Below, in pieces: positions 18,207 to 28,836 of a stretch of DNA of 64,000 bases. The stretch is from an uncultured delta proteobacterium. GTDB lineage: Bacteria > Desulfobacterota > Syntrophia > Syntrophales > UBA5619. A program made the position numbers and the translations under genes. How positions within the stretch are numbered: the stretch's first letter is position 1; every line of letters starts with the position of its first letter. The notes under the pieces are model-generated. The model worked only from the letters and a program-made list of their open reading frames with translations, had not been told where the DNA came from and did not search any database. The stretch lies in contig CAWFOM010000015.1 of NCBI GenBank assembly GCA_963817385.1, positions 13,685 through 77,684 on the forward strand, in the 5' to 3' direction.

Positions 18207-18728
18207 TTATAGCGACCCGTCAAGAACCTCTGCGACCTCCTCTTTGCATGCCCGGCAGCGCTTTGCCCCTCTGAAGAGCGGTTTTCCGCAGGCAGGACAG
18301 TGATAGCGCTCCAATTCCGCTCGGGCCCATTCTACACTGCCTTTCTCATCACCGAGCTCGGCTACCTTGGCACGCCACACGGGGATCGTCCTTTTCATTA
18401 CCCGTATACCCGTGGCCAGGCCGAAGTTTTCTGTGATACTGCAAGGCCATTGGCCGCATTGATGGCAGGAGTAATAGCCTTTCTCTCGGACACAATGCCT
18501 GATCTTGCACATCGTGCAATAGCCATAGAGCTTCTTCGGTGGTTCGGATTGCATACAGCCATAGCATTCCGTGTCTTCCGCCTTTGTCCCGTACAGGTTG
18601 CCCATGACCTCTTTAAATTTTTCGTTCTTGTCCCTCGTTGCAATGTAGACCCCGCAGGCACCGCAATACAGGCCGCATGGCGCCATCAGATTCTTATCCT
18701 TCATTTCCTCTTCCGTCCAACCTTCCAT
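18207..18728 (-). CDS. DUF3795-like Cys-rich (Zn/Fe-S) protein
   Basis: APCGLYCGAC, CYGC, CKIRHC, CHQCGQWPC, C-terminal CPACG...CRAC. Confidence 0.85.
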   Translation of the reverse strand: MEGWTEEEMKDKNLMAPCGLYCGACGVYIATRDKNEKFKEVMGNLYGTKAEDTECYGCMQSEPPKKLYGYCTMCKIRHCVREKGYYSCHQCGQWPCSITENFGLATGIRVMKRTIPVWRAKVAELGDEKGSVEWARAELERYHCPACGKPLFRGAKRCRACKEEVAEVLDGSL

Positions 18729-18835
18729 CAGCGTCGTACCCCCTTCCTGAGATTGAAAAAAGGTAATAGTTGCATGTTAGCATCCGAGAGACTGGTAATC
18801 ATTCAGTCTACCGAATGAACCGGAATTTATCTCCG

Positions 18836-20275
18836 TCACGCCCGCGGCGCGGTGGGTGCGGCATCCGTATATCCCCGTTTCGGGAAGGCCGCGGTAAAGA
18901 CGCTTCCCGCGCCCGGAGAGCTTGTCACGGCGATCTCTCCGCCGTGGGCCCGGACGATGGCCCTGGCGAGGCTGAGCCCCAGACCGATGCCGGCATGGGA
19001 GCGGCTCTGATCGCAGCGGTAGAACCGCTCGAAAATGTGGGGGAGATCATCGGCGGAGATGCCGATCCCCGTGTCCTGAACCGATATTATCGCCTGGGTC
19101 CGCGTTTCCGAAACCGTGACGCTCACCGTTCCGCCGGATGCCGTGTACTTGAGGGCGTTGTCCAGGAGGTTCGCGATCAGCCGCCGGATCATCGGGGCGT
19201 CTCCCAAGATGTCGCATCGTTCGGGGAGCGTGCAGCTCAGGGTCAATCCCCGGTCTTCAGCCGTCGTTCCGAAGAGCTCGCAGGCCTCCCGGGCCAGGAG
19301 CGCCAGGTCGATCCGGTCGCGGGCGGGCATCTCCACGCCGGCCTCCGTTTTGGAGATCATCAGCATGGTGTTGATCATGTCCAGGAGGCGGTCGCACTCC
19401 TCGATGGCGCTGGCCGCCATCTCCTCATATTCGGTCAGGGATTTTCCCGTGGTCAGGGTGACCTCCGCGATACCCCGGATCCGGGTAATCGGGCTCTTCA
19501 GGTCATGGGCGACGTTGTCGCTCATCTCCCTGATCTCGGTTACCAGGGCCTGGATGCGGTCCAGCATCTGGTTGAAGGTCATCGCGAGCTGATCGATCTC
19601 GTCGCCGCGGGTCTTGACGGGGACCCGTTTCTCCAGGCTTCCCCCCGAGATCCCCTGTGCCGTCCGGGTGATCGTCTCGACGCCGGAAACGGCGCGGCGG
19701 GCCATGAACCAGCCGACTCCTGTCGCCAAGCTGAGCAAGAGTGCCATCGTTAGCAGGAAGATCCCCCGGAAGGCGCCGATGATCTGTGCCGAGTCTTCCA
19801 TCGACCGGCCTACCTGCAGGATGAAGCCGGGACCGATGATGGCGTAGAGGAGACGCACCTGGTCCTCGCGATTGCGCAGGATAACCGTCTCGAATACCCT
19901 GCTGCTGCCTCCCAAGAGCTGTTTGATGGCCTCTTTCCGGATGGGGATCTCTTCCCAGGCCGACATGCTGGAGGAGGAAAAGGCTTCCCCGCTCGGGTAG
20001 AGGAGACGGAAGAACACCTTCCTCACTCCCGCGGCCTGGGCTTCGAGAACGGCGAACGACTCGACGGCCCGTATCCCCCGTTCGCGAAGGACCACGGAAA
20101 ATTGTTTCGCCTGGTCCAGCAGTTCCTGGTCCGTTCGTTCCCGGATTACAGTGGTGATGAACAGGTAAAAAAAGAGGAAGGCAACGAAGGCGGAGACCGC
20201 GAAGATCCCCGTATACCAGAGGGTAAGGCGGAAGGTCAGGCTATTCCAGAAGCGACGGGGTTTCCCTGAGGACAT
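18836..20275 (-). CDS. Sensor histidine kinase (HAMP-HisKA-HATPase, heavy-metal-sensor-like)
   Basis: 2 TM, HAMP, AHDLKSPIT, NLLDNALKY, DTGIGI, GIGLGLS. Confidence 0.93.
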   Translation of the reverse strand: MSSGKPRRFWNSLTFRLTLWYTGIFAVSAFVAFLFFYLFITTVIRERTDQELLDQAKQFSVVLRERGIRAVESFAVLEAQAAGVRKVFFRLLYPSGEAFSSSSMSAWEEIPIRKEAIKQLLGGSSRVFETVILRNREDQVRLLYAIIGPGFILQVGRSMEDSAQIIGAFRGIFLLTMALLLSLATGVGWFMARRAVSGVETITRTAQGISGGSLEKRVPVKTRGDEIDQLAMTFNQMLDRIQALVTEIREMSDNVAHDLKSPITRIRGIAEVTLTTGKSLTEYEEMAASAIEECDRLLDMINTMLMISKTEAGVEMPARDRIDLALLAREACELFGTTAEDRGLTLSCTLPERCDILGDAPMIRRLIANLLDNALKYTASGGTVSVTVSETRTQAIISVQDTGIGISADDLPHIFERFYRCDQSRSHAGIGLGLSLARAIVRAHGGEIAVTSSPGAGSVFTAAFPKRGYTDAAPTAPRA

Positions 20276-20930
20276 ATCCCACTCCGCGGATGGTGTGGAT
20301 CAACTTGGTATCGAATCCCCGGTCGATTTTATCCCTGAGCCTGCTGATCCTGGCCTCGACCACGTTGGTTTGAGGATCGAAATTGTAGTCCCACACATGT
20401 TCCATGATCATCGTCTTGGAGACGATCCTTCCTGTGTTCCTGAGGAGATATTCGAGGAGCGAGAACTCCAGGGGCTGCAGCGCGATCCTCCTTCCCCCGC
20501 GGGTCACCTCCCGGGTGAGGAGGTTGACCGAGAGGTCTCCCGAGGCCAGCCGCGTCGGGGAGGAAGCGCCGCTTGCCCGCCGGATCAGGGCCTGCACCCG
20601 CGCGAGAAGCTCGGAGAAGGCGAAGGGTTTCGTAAGATAATCGTCTCCCCCGGTCTGCAAGCCCCGGACCCGCTCATCTACCGAGCCTTTGGCGCTCAGG
20701 ATCAGGACGGGGGTATTGACCTTTTCCGCGCGCATTCGTTCGATGAGCGACAATCCGTCCCGCCGGGGCAGCATGATGTCGATCACGGCCGTATCATACG
20801 GCCGGCTCAGAGCCAGCTGAAGGCCCTCCTCCCCGTCCGGGGCATGGTCCACGGCATAACCTGCCGACCTCAGTCCCTTGACGATGAACGAGGCGATCTT
20901 GATGTCATCCTCGACCAGTAAAATCAGCAT
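20241..20930 (-). CDS. OmpR-family response regulator (CusR/CzcR-like)
   Basis: LLVEDD, DIMLP, DDYLTKPF, TNVVEARISRLRDKID, HTIRGVGY. Confidence 0.95.
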   Translation of the reverse strand: MLILLVEDDIKIASFIVKGLRSAGYAVDHAPDGEEGLQLALSRPYDTAVIDIMLPRRDGLSLIERMRAEKVNTPVLILSAKGSVDERVRGLQTGGDDYLTKPFAFSELLARVQALIRRASGASSPTRLASGDLSVNLLTREVTRGGRRIALQPLEFSLLEYLLRNTGRIVSKTMIMEHVWDYNFDPQTNVVEARISRLRDKIDRGFDTKLIHTIRGVGYVLRETPSLLE

Positions 20931-20939
20931 CGGACACCC

Positions 20940-21980
20940 TCAACATTTCATACAGCTCACGTAGTGGTCGGGGCTGATCTCCCGCAATTCGGGTATTTCC
21001 CGGCTGCATTCCGCGACAGCAACGTTGCACCGGGGGTGAAAAACGCATCCGGGCGGCGGATTGAGCGGACTCGGGACCTCGCCCTTCAGGATAATCGGGG
21101 CCCGTTTGGCCTCGACGAGGGGGTCGGGTATGGGGACCGCGGACAACAGCGCCTTGGTATAGGGGTGGAGCGGATATTCATACAATTCCTGCCGCCCGGT
21201 AATCTCTACAATTTTCCCCAGGTACATGACAGCGACCCGATGACTGATGTGCCGGACAACCGACAGGTCGTGGGCAATGAACAGGTAGCTCAGGCCGAAC
21301 TTCTCCTGCAGCTCTTCCAAAAGGTTGATAATCTGGGCCTGAATGGAGACGTCCAGGGCGGAGACCGGTTCATCGCAGATGATCAGTTTCGCCTCCATGG
21401 AGAGAGCGCGGGCGATCCCCACTCGTTGCCGCTGCCCCCCGCTCAATTCATGAGGATACCGGGGAGCCATCGACGGGTTGAGTCCGACGGTGGAAAGCAG
21501 GCTTGCCACGCGCTCCTTTTTCTCCCGATTGTTTTTCACCAGCTTGAATACCCGGGGGGCTTCTCCAACGAGCTGTTCAATGGTCAACCGCGGGTTCAGG
21601 GAGCTGAACGGGTCCTGAAAAATGACCTGGATATTCTGGCGGATGGCCCGCATCTCGGATTCGCTTATCCGGCAGAGGTTCCTGCCCTGAAAAATGACTT
21701 CTCCCGAGGTAGGGATTTCCAGATGCAGGATGCATCGGCCGGCAGTCGTCTTCCCGCAGCCGGATTCCCCGACCAGCCCCAGGGTTTCTCGTTCCCGGAT
21801 AAAGAAGCTGATATCGTCGACCGCCTTGATCACCCCTGTCTGGCGCTGCAGCAGTCCCGAGGTGACAGGGAAGTGTTTCCTCAGGTTGCGAACGTGCAGG
21901 ATGACAGCCTCCGGATGTTTCTCCTTGGCGGGAAGCATCTCTCCTTCGAACTGCGGTTTGGTGATGGAAGCGGCCCCCAT
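20940..21980 (-). CDS. Oligopeptide/dipeptide ABC transporter ATP-binding protein (OppF/DppF-like)
   Basis: GESGCGKTT, LSGGQRQR, CDEPVSALD, HPYT, GCVFHPRC. Confidence 0.95.
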   Translation of the reverse strand: MGAASITKPQFEGEMLPAKEKHPEAVILHVRNLRKHFPVTSGLLQRQTGVIKAVDDISFFIRERETLGLVGESGCGKTTAGRCILHLEIPTSGEVIFQGRNLCRISESEMRAIRQNIQVIFQDPFSSLNPRLTIEQLVGEAPRVFKLVKNNREKKERVASLLSTVGLNPSMAPRYPHELSGGQRQRVGIARALSMEAKLIICDEPVSALDVSIQAQIINLLEELQEKFGLSYLFIAHDLSVVRHISHRVAVMYLGKIVEITGRQELYEYPLHPYTKALLSAVPIPDPLVEAKRAPIILKGEVPSPLNPPPGCVFHPRCNVAVAECSREIPELREISPDHYVSCMKC

Positions 21981-21983
21981 GCG

Positions 21984-22976
21984 CTATCTCCTTCGTCTGT
22001 CGGCAAGGTCGGGACTCTCCGCTTGCCAGCACGCACACCAATGCCCTTCCCCGCAATCAATGAGGGGAGGGCTCTTAGCACCGCATCGTTCATCCGCAAA
22101 TCTACACCGGGGCTGGAAGCTGCAACCGGAAGGGAGATGGATGAGGTCGGGCGGTTGCCCGGAGATCGGTTCCAGTTTCATGGCGCGCGGCTCGTCCAAT
22201 CGCGGCACCGAACGGAGAAGCCCGAGGGTGTACGGATGCCGGGGGCAATGGTAGATTTCTTGGGATTTGCCGCTTTCGATGATCTTACCGGCATACATGA
22301 CGTTGACCCGGTCGGCGTACCGGGCAACCACTCCCAAATTGTGCGTGATGATGACCATGGCGACTCCCAGCCGCCGGGAGAGTTCTTTCATCAGCTCCAG
22401 CACCTGGGCCTGGATGGTCACATCCAGGGCGGTGGTCGGCTCATCGGCCAGGATCAGCTTGGGATCGCAGATCAGGGCCATGGCGATCATGACTCGCTGG
22501 CGCATCCCTCCGCTGAACTGATGCGGATATTGCGATAATCTTCGCTCGGGATCGGGAATGCCGACGAGTTTCAACATCTCCGCCGCTCGCGTTGTACTTG
22601 CCTCCCGGCTTACATGCAAATGGGCCTCCAGGGTTTCGGTCAACTGCCGGCCGATCGTCAAAACGGGGTTGAGACTGGTCATGGGTTCCTGAAACACCAT
22701 GGCGATCTCCTTCCCGCGCACCTTTCTCATTTCATCATCATTCAGGCCGGAAAGATCCATCCCGTTGAAGGTAATCGTGCCGCCCACAATCCGGCCGGGG
22801 GGAGAGGGAATGAGGCGCATAATGGACAAGGCGCTGACGGACTTGCCGCACCCGCTCTCCCCGACCAGGGCCATGGTCTCGCCCTCCCGGACGTCGTAGG
22901 AAATCCCGTCCACGGCCTTGACGACCCCCTCAGGCGTAAAGAAGTGCGTCCTGAGGTCTTTCACATCCAGTATCAT
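21984..22976 (-). CDS. Oligopeptide/dipeptide ABC transporter ATP-binding protein (OppD/DppD-like)
   Basis: GESGCGKS, FSGGMRQR, ADEPTTALD, HPYT. Confidence 0.95.
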   Translation of the reverse strand: MILDVKDLRTHFFTPEGVVKAVDGISYDVREGETMALVGESGCGKSVSALSIMRLIPSPPGRIVGGTITFNGMDLSGLNDDEMRKVRGKEIAMVFQEPMTSLNPVLTIGRQLTETLEAHLHVSREASTTRAAEMLKLVGIPDPERRLSQYPHQFSGGMRQRVMIAMALICDPKLILADEPTTALDVTIQAQVLELMKELSRRLGVAMVIITHNLGVVARYADRVNVMYAGKIIESGKSQEIYHCPRHPYTLGLLRSVPRLDEPRAMKLEPISGQPPDLIHLPSGCSFQPRCRFADERCGAKSPPLIDCGEGHWCACWQAESPDLADRRRR

Positions 22977-23039
22977 ATCCGCCTGTCCTTGCTCTCGTTC
23001 AATACACGGCCGTATACCGGGATTCCCGGATGTGGATTA

Positions 23040-23945
23040 CTACTTGCGCAACTTGGGATCAAGTTCATCCCGGAGAGAGTCTCCGAATATGTTGAAACCG
23101 AAGACACCGGCGCTAATGGCCAGACCGGGGAAAATCGCCATCCAGGGGGCGCGCTCGGCATACTCCACCGCTGCACCCTTGAGCATGAGTCCCCACGCGG
23201 GAGTGGGCTCGGCCACGCCCATACCCAGGAAGCTCAACGACGCCTCCACGAGGATGGCCTGTCCCAGGAATGCGGTGAGGAGGATCAGATACGGAGCGGC
23301 AACATTGGGAAGCATGTGCCTGAAGATGATGCGGGCGTGACTGAAACCGGCCGCCCGTGCAGCATCGATATACGGCATCTCCCGGATGGACAGGGCGCTG
23401 GATCGGATGACTTGTGCGCAGCGGGGTACCATGGGAATGGCGATTGCCAGGATTACATTGCCCGTACCGGACCCTAATACCGAAACCACCGCCAGGGCGA
23501 GGACGATTAAGGGAAGGGCGAGAAAAATTTCCACAAACCGCTGCACGATGAGATCCACCTTACCCCCGAAATAGGCGCAGCCGACGCCGATGATGGCCCC
23601 CAGGGTGGCCCCGAAAAAGGAGGTGGAGAAACCGACGAGTAACGCCGTCCGGGAACCGTAAATGATCCGGGAGAGGATATCTCTGCCGTAGGAGTCCGTT
23701 CCCAACCAATGATCATGGCTTGGGGGAAGCAGCATGGCGCGATAATCCGCGATCACCGGGTCATACGGGGAGAGGAGGTTCGCGAGGACGGCCGTCAGGA
23801 TCATGACCAACACGATCGAGCCCCCGACGGCTCCCAGGGGACGCTGCCGGGAAAAACGGATCACGCCCTGCACCAGCCGAGACAAAACCGTCGGGGGGGC
23901 CGGCGAATCATCTGCAGAACCAAGCACGCGGGTATTCTCGTCCAT
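23040..23945 (-). CDS. Oligopeptide/dipeptide ABC permease (OppC/DppC-like)
   Basis: HWLGTDSYGRDILSR, EAA loop YIDAARAAG, GDSLRDELDP. Confidence 0.95.
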   Translation of the reverse strand: MDENTRVLGSADDSPAPPTVLSRLVQGVIRFSRQRPLGAVGGSIVLVMILTAVLANLLSPYDPVIADYRAMLLPPSHDHWLGTDSYGRDILSRIIYGSRTALLVGFSTSFFGATLGAIIGVGCAYFGGKVDLIVQRFVEIFLALPLIVLALAVVSVLGSGTGNVILAIAIPMVPRCAQVIRSSALSIREMPYIDAARAAGFSHARIIFRHMLPNVAAPYLILLTAFLGQAILVEASLSFLGMGVAEPTPAWGLMLKGAAVEYAERAPWMAIFPGLAISAGVFGFNIFGDSLRDELDPKLRK

Positions 23946-23957
23946 CGCCTTCCTCCC

Positions 23958-24914
23958 TTACTTGAAGCGCACCCTGGGGTCGAGCCAGGCGAACAGGATA
24001 TCCAGGATGAAGTTCATCGCAATGAAGAAGAACGCTACCAAAAGGACCAGGCTCTGCGTCATCATGTAATCCCGCCGGTCGATACTTTGTACAAGCAGGA
24101 GTCCGAGTCCGTTGAGGTTAAACACTTGTTCCGTTACCACGAGCCCGCCCATGAGGAAGGCTAACTCCAGGCCGATGACGCTCATGACCGGGAGCAGGGC
24201 GTTTTTCAGCGCGTGTCTGATGAGAATGACTTTTTCAAAAAGACCCTTGGCCCGGGCCGTCCGGATGTAATCTTCCCGGAGAACATCGAGCATCGTGGAG
24301 CGCGTCATGCGCATGATCATGGCGGAATAGCGGTACCCCACCGCCAATGCCGGCCAGATGAGTTGGGCTAAATTCGCCCCGGGATCCTTCCAGAACGAGG
24401 TGAATTCCATGGGGGGGAGCCAGTTGAAGAAGATGAGGAGCACCAGGATAATCACGATCCCCAGCCAAAAAGACGGCATGGCGAGGCCGGCGATGGAGAA
24501 GATCCGCAGGGCATAATCCACCCAGGTATCCTGCCGGAGGGCCGAAAGCATCCCCAGAGGAATGCCGAGCATGACCGCCAGGACCATCGCCATAACCGAA
24601 AGTTCGAGACTCAGCTCGAATCGGATGGCGATCTCATGGGCAATGGGCCGGCCCGTCCACATCGAGACGCCGAAATCTCCCCGGATCAACCCCCCTATCC
24701 AGCTCCCGAACTGTACCCACAGGGGCTTATCCAATCCCAGAAGCTGGCGCTCCTTCTGGAGGGTTTCCTGGGAAATCATCGCCCCTTGCCCGACATACTT
24801 CAACTCCACAATGTCGCCCGGGACGATCCGCATCAGGAAGAAGATGACCATCGCCACCCCCAGCAAGGTAGGGATCATCAACAGTATCCGCCGTACGATG
24901 TACTGGCTCAGCAC
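23958..24914 (-). CDS. Oligopeptide/dipeptide ABC permease (OppB/DppB-like)
   Basis: YIVRRIL, DYIRTARAKGL, HALKNAL, LDPRVR. Confidence 0.95.
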   Translation of the reverse strand: MLSQYIVRRILLMIPTLLGVAMVIFFLMRIVPGDIVELKYVGQGAMISQETLQKERQLLGLDKPLWVQFGSWIGGLIRGDFGVSMWTGRPIAHEIAIRFELSLELSVMAMVLAVMLGIPLGMLSALRQDTWVDYALRIFSIAGLAMPSFWLGIVIILVLLIFFNWLPPMEFTSFWKDPGANLAQLIWPALAVGYRYSAMIMRMTRSTMLDVLREDYIRTARAKGLFEKVILIRHALKNALLPVMSVIGLELAFLMGGLVVTEQVFNLNGLGLLLVQSIDRRDYMMTQSLVLLVAFFFIAMNFILDILFAWLDPRVRFK

Positions 24915-24924
24915 CGCTCGGCCT

Positions 24925-26550
24925 TCATTCCTTGCTTAACCATACATCGGTCAAATCCTGGTTCAGGAAGTGGCTGGGCAACGCCTTCCAGCCCTTCATT
25001 TTGGATGAATGGGGGACGATTCGCTGCGCCCACGGGAGTGGAAATCCATAGGCCATTTCATCCATGGCCCGCTTCTGGAATTGCGTGCACAATTTTTTCC
25101 GTTCCTGGGGATCGAGGGCCTGGCTCTGCTTCAGATAGAGGTCGTCCAGGACCCGATCGGTGTAGCGCATATAGTTGTTCTGGGTCTTGTCGGTTGAAAT
25201 GAACCTGCCGAAATGGAGGTCCGGGTCGTCCATGAAATCGGAAATGGAATCGATCGCCATCTGATAGTTTCCCGACCGGACATCGGCATTATGCGGTCCC
25301 AGTTCTTGAAGCTTCTGCTTGACATTAAGCCCGATCTGCCGCCACTGGTCGATTAGCCAGATAGCCGCCGTTTCGTAGTCCTTGGCAGGGGGACGGTTGT
25401 CAAGGACGAAGCTGAATCCTTCAGGAACGCCTGCCTCGCGGAGTAAGCGGCGCGCTTCTTTCCGGGACCCCTCGATGTCTTTTGAAAAACCGGCCACCTG
25501 GGTGAGTTCCGCCTCGCTCATCGCCAATTCGGACCCGGGCCTGAGGAGCCCTCCGACCTCTTGCATATTGGAAATCTTCGAGAGGACGCGGGATCCCTCC
25601 CACCGGTCCAGGGCCAGGGTCAACGCCCGGCGAAACCGCGGGTCATCGAACGGTTTCTTATTGACGTTGCATATCGCGGTCAAGGTAACGACCATCGGAC
25701 TTTCCTGGACCCGAACCTTGTCCCCCATCGCGCGAACCAAATCGTCGCGGTGGTTCGGGCCGAAATACCGGAACTCGGCATGGATCCGGCCGCTGCGCAC
25801 CGCCGCCACCCGCGCCCCGGTATCCTGAATGAACACAGCCCGGTAGCCGTCAAGGTACGGGCGCCCCTTGATGAAATAATCCTCATTGCGTTTTCCCACC
25901 CAGTGCGATCCGGGAACGTACTCCACGAACTTGAACGGACCCGTGCCCATGATGTTCTTTTCATACCAGCGGATGTCTTTCGCCAGGATATCCGCCTTAT
26001 AGATGTAGTTGAAAGGCGATGCCAGGCTGGCGAGGAAAGAGGCGGTGGGCCACTTGAGGCGGAAGATCACGGTGGCGTCATCGGGCGCTTCCACTTTTTC
26101 CACAACCGCATACAGAGACTTGCGCAAACTGATCACTCCGGTGGGCGGAAAGATGATCTTGTCGTAGCTTGCCTTGACGTCCCGTGCGGCGAGGATGGTT
26201 CCGTCATGGAATTTGACTCCCCGGCGAATTTTGAAGGTGAAGGTTTTCTTGTCTCCCGAGACGGTCCAGCTCTCGGCGAGGTCCCCGACAATCTTGGGAT
26301 AGGTATCCTGATCGAATTTTACCAGCAGGCTGTAGTGGGGAGAAACGGGATGAATCACCGCAAAAGTGGATTCCCGGTGAGGATCGTACGAGGGGGGTTC
26401 GGCCCCGACGGCAAAGTTTAAAATCCCGCCATATTGGGGTTTTTCCTGTGCGGCGGCAGGACCGGCTCCGAAACACAAGATGCCCCCGAACAGAATGATT
26501 GCCCCTATGACCCAACATTTATCAATGTCCATCTTCCGGTGCTTTTTCAT
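24925..26550 (-). CDS. ABC transporter substrate-binding protein, family 5 (OppA/DppA-like)
   Basis: Signal peptide; DLAESW, FKIRRGVKFHDG, GTGPFKF, PFDDPRFRRAL. Confidence 0.93.
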   Translation of the reverse strand: MKKHRKMDIDKCWVIGAIILFGGILCFGAGPAAAQEKPQYGGILNFAVGAEPPSYDPHRESTFAVIHPVSPHYSLLVKFDQDTYPKIVGDLAESWTVSGDKKTFTFKIRRGVKFHDGTILAARDVKASYDKIIFPPTGVISLRKSLYAVVEKVEAPDDATVIFRLKWPTASFLASLASPFNYIYKADILAKDIRWYEKNIMGTGPFKFVEYVPGSHWVGKRNEDYFIKGRPYLDGYRAVFIQDTGARVAAVRSGRIHAEFRYFGPNHRDDLVRAMGDKVRVQESPMVVTLTAICNVNKKPFDDPRFRRALTLALDRWEGSRVLSKISNMQEVGGLLRPGSELAMSEAELTQVAGFSKDIEGSRKEARRLLREAGVPEGFSFVLDNRPPAKDYETAAIWLIDQWRQIGLNVKQKLQELGPHNADVRSGNYQMAIDSISDFMDDPDLHFGRFISTDKTQNNYMRYTDRVLDDLYLKQSQALDPQERKKLCTQFQKRAMDEMAYGFPLPWAQRIVPHSSKMKGWKALPSHFLNQDLTDVWLSKE

Positions 26551-26677
26551 GAGGGATTAATCTCCTTTCCTGGTGGTCGGTTACGAAGCGGTAGGTCAAC
26601 TTCCCCACTCCCTCGGCAAGAACCCGCCGGTCGTGGATCGACCATGCGGAGAAAAACCAAGCCCGATTCAGACGTAT

Positions 26678-26989
26678 TCAGTCGGGGATCTCAAGGTCAA
26701 CAAGGGGGCCGAACAGCTGGCCGCCGAAACAATCGCCGTCCTCAAGGTCCCCCTGGGTAATGGGCCGAGGGATGGTGGCCTTGATGCCTTGGGCGGAGTC
26801 CACGCTGAAGATCTCCACGTCGTCCAACGCCGTTCCATACAATCGGGAAAAAAGCTCGCGATTGATGACCCCCGAGTCCCGCACCCGGCGGTAATCCTCG
26901 AAGCGGTCGAACATGACGTCGAAGGTCAGGGTGAACGGTCCCGCGTTCTTGCTTCTGATGAGTTGAGCGATATCTTTCAGCTTTGCCAT
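26678..26989 (-). CDS. DUF4387 domain protein
   Basis: IRSKNAGPFTLTFD, IKATIPRP, DCFGGQ; GGAGG RBS. Confidence 0.88.
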   Translation of the reverse strand: MAKLKDIAQLIRSKNAGPFTLTFDVMFDRFEDYRRVRDSGVINRELFSRLYGTALDDVEIFSVDSAQGIKATIPRPITQGDLEDGDCFGGQLFGPLVDLEIPD

Positions 26990-27013
26990 GGCTTCACTAC
27001 CTCCAATTCGGTC

Positions 27014-28390
27014 TCAAAGTTTTACCATCTCCATGGGAAACATTTCGTAGGGATCGGCCGGCTCCACCAGATGGTTTACGTTGAAGCGGTACACCGGGCC
27101 CCGGTCGATCTGATGAGGACTGTGCGGGAAAGCAAAATTCGAGATGAGGCCCTTCCACTGGGGGATAGCCAGGTGCAGTCCCATATGGCAGGCGCTGCTC
27201 ATGATGGACGTGGCCATCTCCTGGGTCGGGGCGGTGACTTCCATGACGAGGCCCAACTCATGGGAACGGATCTCCTTCACCGTTTCCATCTGTCCCATGA
27301 CCCCGTTTTGCCCGTATACCCGTATGGTGAACACGTACCCCCCCCGCGAAAACTCCTCGCCGAACATCTCGGCGACCCGTTGGCGTACTCGTTCCCGAAA
27401 GCGGTCCAGGTAGTCATCGATCTGCCCGATGAGCACCGGGTCGCGGATCCCTGCGAAAGTGACGGATTGATAGCCCGCTTTTTCCACGCCCTCAAGCTTG
27501 ATGGTGTACGTTTTGGCCGGGACGAAGCGGGTTCCGGAGACCTTCACCGAGCGCTCGGTCACCGCCTCGTACCTTGCCTGGCTCGTGTCCACCATCCCTG
27601 AAGGTTCATAGAGGTGGATGGGACTGGCCGTCTCGTAAAAGGTATGGGAGGCGACACTCAGGGGGGTACAGATGTATTCGGGATTCGGGGGTTCCACGAT
27701 GAACGAATCGCGACCGATCCAGGCAAACATGCCGTCGGCCCGGCTTCTCTGGGCGACACACGCCGCCCCGCATTCAAGGATCTTGGCGGAATGCCATATC
27801 TGGGCAGGGGGGAACCCACGCTGGATCGGAATGGCCGAAAAAATGGAGGTATCGCTGGACCGTCCGGCAATCACGACCTCGGCCCCCTGATCGAGGGCCC
27901 GGATAAAGGGCTCGGCCCCCATCATGCCGACGATGTGCACGCTTCGATCGATGACCTCTTCGCTGTACGACGGCGCCGGTTTGAGAGGTCGGATCTTCCC
28001 ATCACGCAGCTTTTTCTTCAGAAATTCCTTATCCTGCTCCGCGTGGATTATCGCCATGGTGAAGTGCAGTTTCTCCTCGCGGGCAATCTCCTTAACGATG
28101 TCGACAACCCATGCCAAGTTCGGGTCGGCCCCGGCCATACCCGCCGAGCCGGTCAGGAAGGGAATACCCCTGCTGCGGGCGGCCAATAAGGCCAAACGTA
28201 AATCCCGCTTTACCGCCGCCCGGGAAAATGCTCCTACTCCGCTTCCGAGGCTTGCGGCGCCGGCATCCGTCGAACCCGCATCGCACCCGATGAAATCCGG
28301 GTTCCACGACATCGCTTTCTTGAGACTGCTCTCCAGGTATCCGGACCCCAGCATGCCGGAAACAGATAAAACGCGTATCTCATCCGCCAT
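27014..28390 (-). CDS. Acyclic terpene utilization AtuA-family (DUF1446) protein
   Basis: GMLGSG, DAGSTDAG, GSAGMAG, MMGAEP, AGRSSD, KILECGA, HTFYE, KLEG, GIRDP; GGAGG RBS before MADEIR. Confidence 0.85.
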   Translation of the reverse strand: MADEIRVLSVSGMLGSGYLESSLKKAMSWNPDFIGCDAGSTDAGAASLGSGVGAFSRAAVKRDLRLALLAARSRGIPFLTGSAGMAGADPNLAWVVDIVKEIAREEKLHFTMAIIHAEQDKEFLKKKLRDGKIRPLKPAPSYSEEVIDRSVHIVGMMGAEPFIRALDQGAEVVIAGRSSDTSIFSAIPIQRGFPPAQIWHSAKILECGAACVAQRSRADGMFAWIGRDSFIVEPPNPEYICTPLSVASHTFYETASPIHLYEPSGMVDTSQARYEAVTERSVKVSGTRFVPAKTYTIKLEGVEKAGYQSVTFAGIRDPVLIGQIDDYLDRFRERVRQRVAEMFGEEFSRGGYVFTIRVYGQNGVMGQMETVKEIRSHELGLVMEVTAPTQEMATSIMSSACHMGLHLAIPQWKGLISNFAFPHSPHQIDRGPVYRFNVNHLVEPADPYEMFPMEMVKL

Positions 28391-28836
28391 CGTTGCCTCC
28401 TCTTCTCCTGTCATCCTGATTTTGAAGCTGCCTTACCATCAAATGCCGATTTTACGAACCGTTGCCTGACCATCGCGTACACGCTGACGAAAGTAGGTTG
28501 AAATGATTTTTGATATGATATTGCTTTTTACCGGTCGGACTATACGAAGAACGATATTGCGTGTCAATAGAATTTCACCGTTGCTGGATGTCGGAAGCCG
28601 CAGGAGCTATTTTTCTTTTTGATGTTTTTTGGCCGTGAAGCCGTGTAGGGTTGAAACGGGCATGAATACTGCGTGGTTTTTGTCTGCCGCACCCGGTGCG
28701 GACGGGCTGAAAAATGTTCATTCCGGGGTGCACAACCGAAAATTTCATGGTATGATGGAAAAAAGAGGTTGTGATTTTACCTTCTGCGGCTTTCTGCCGA
28801 TAGTGTTCGGAGGATCGGGTGATCAAGAGGGTATAG

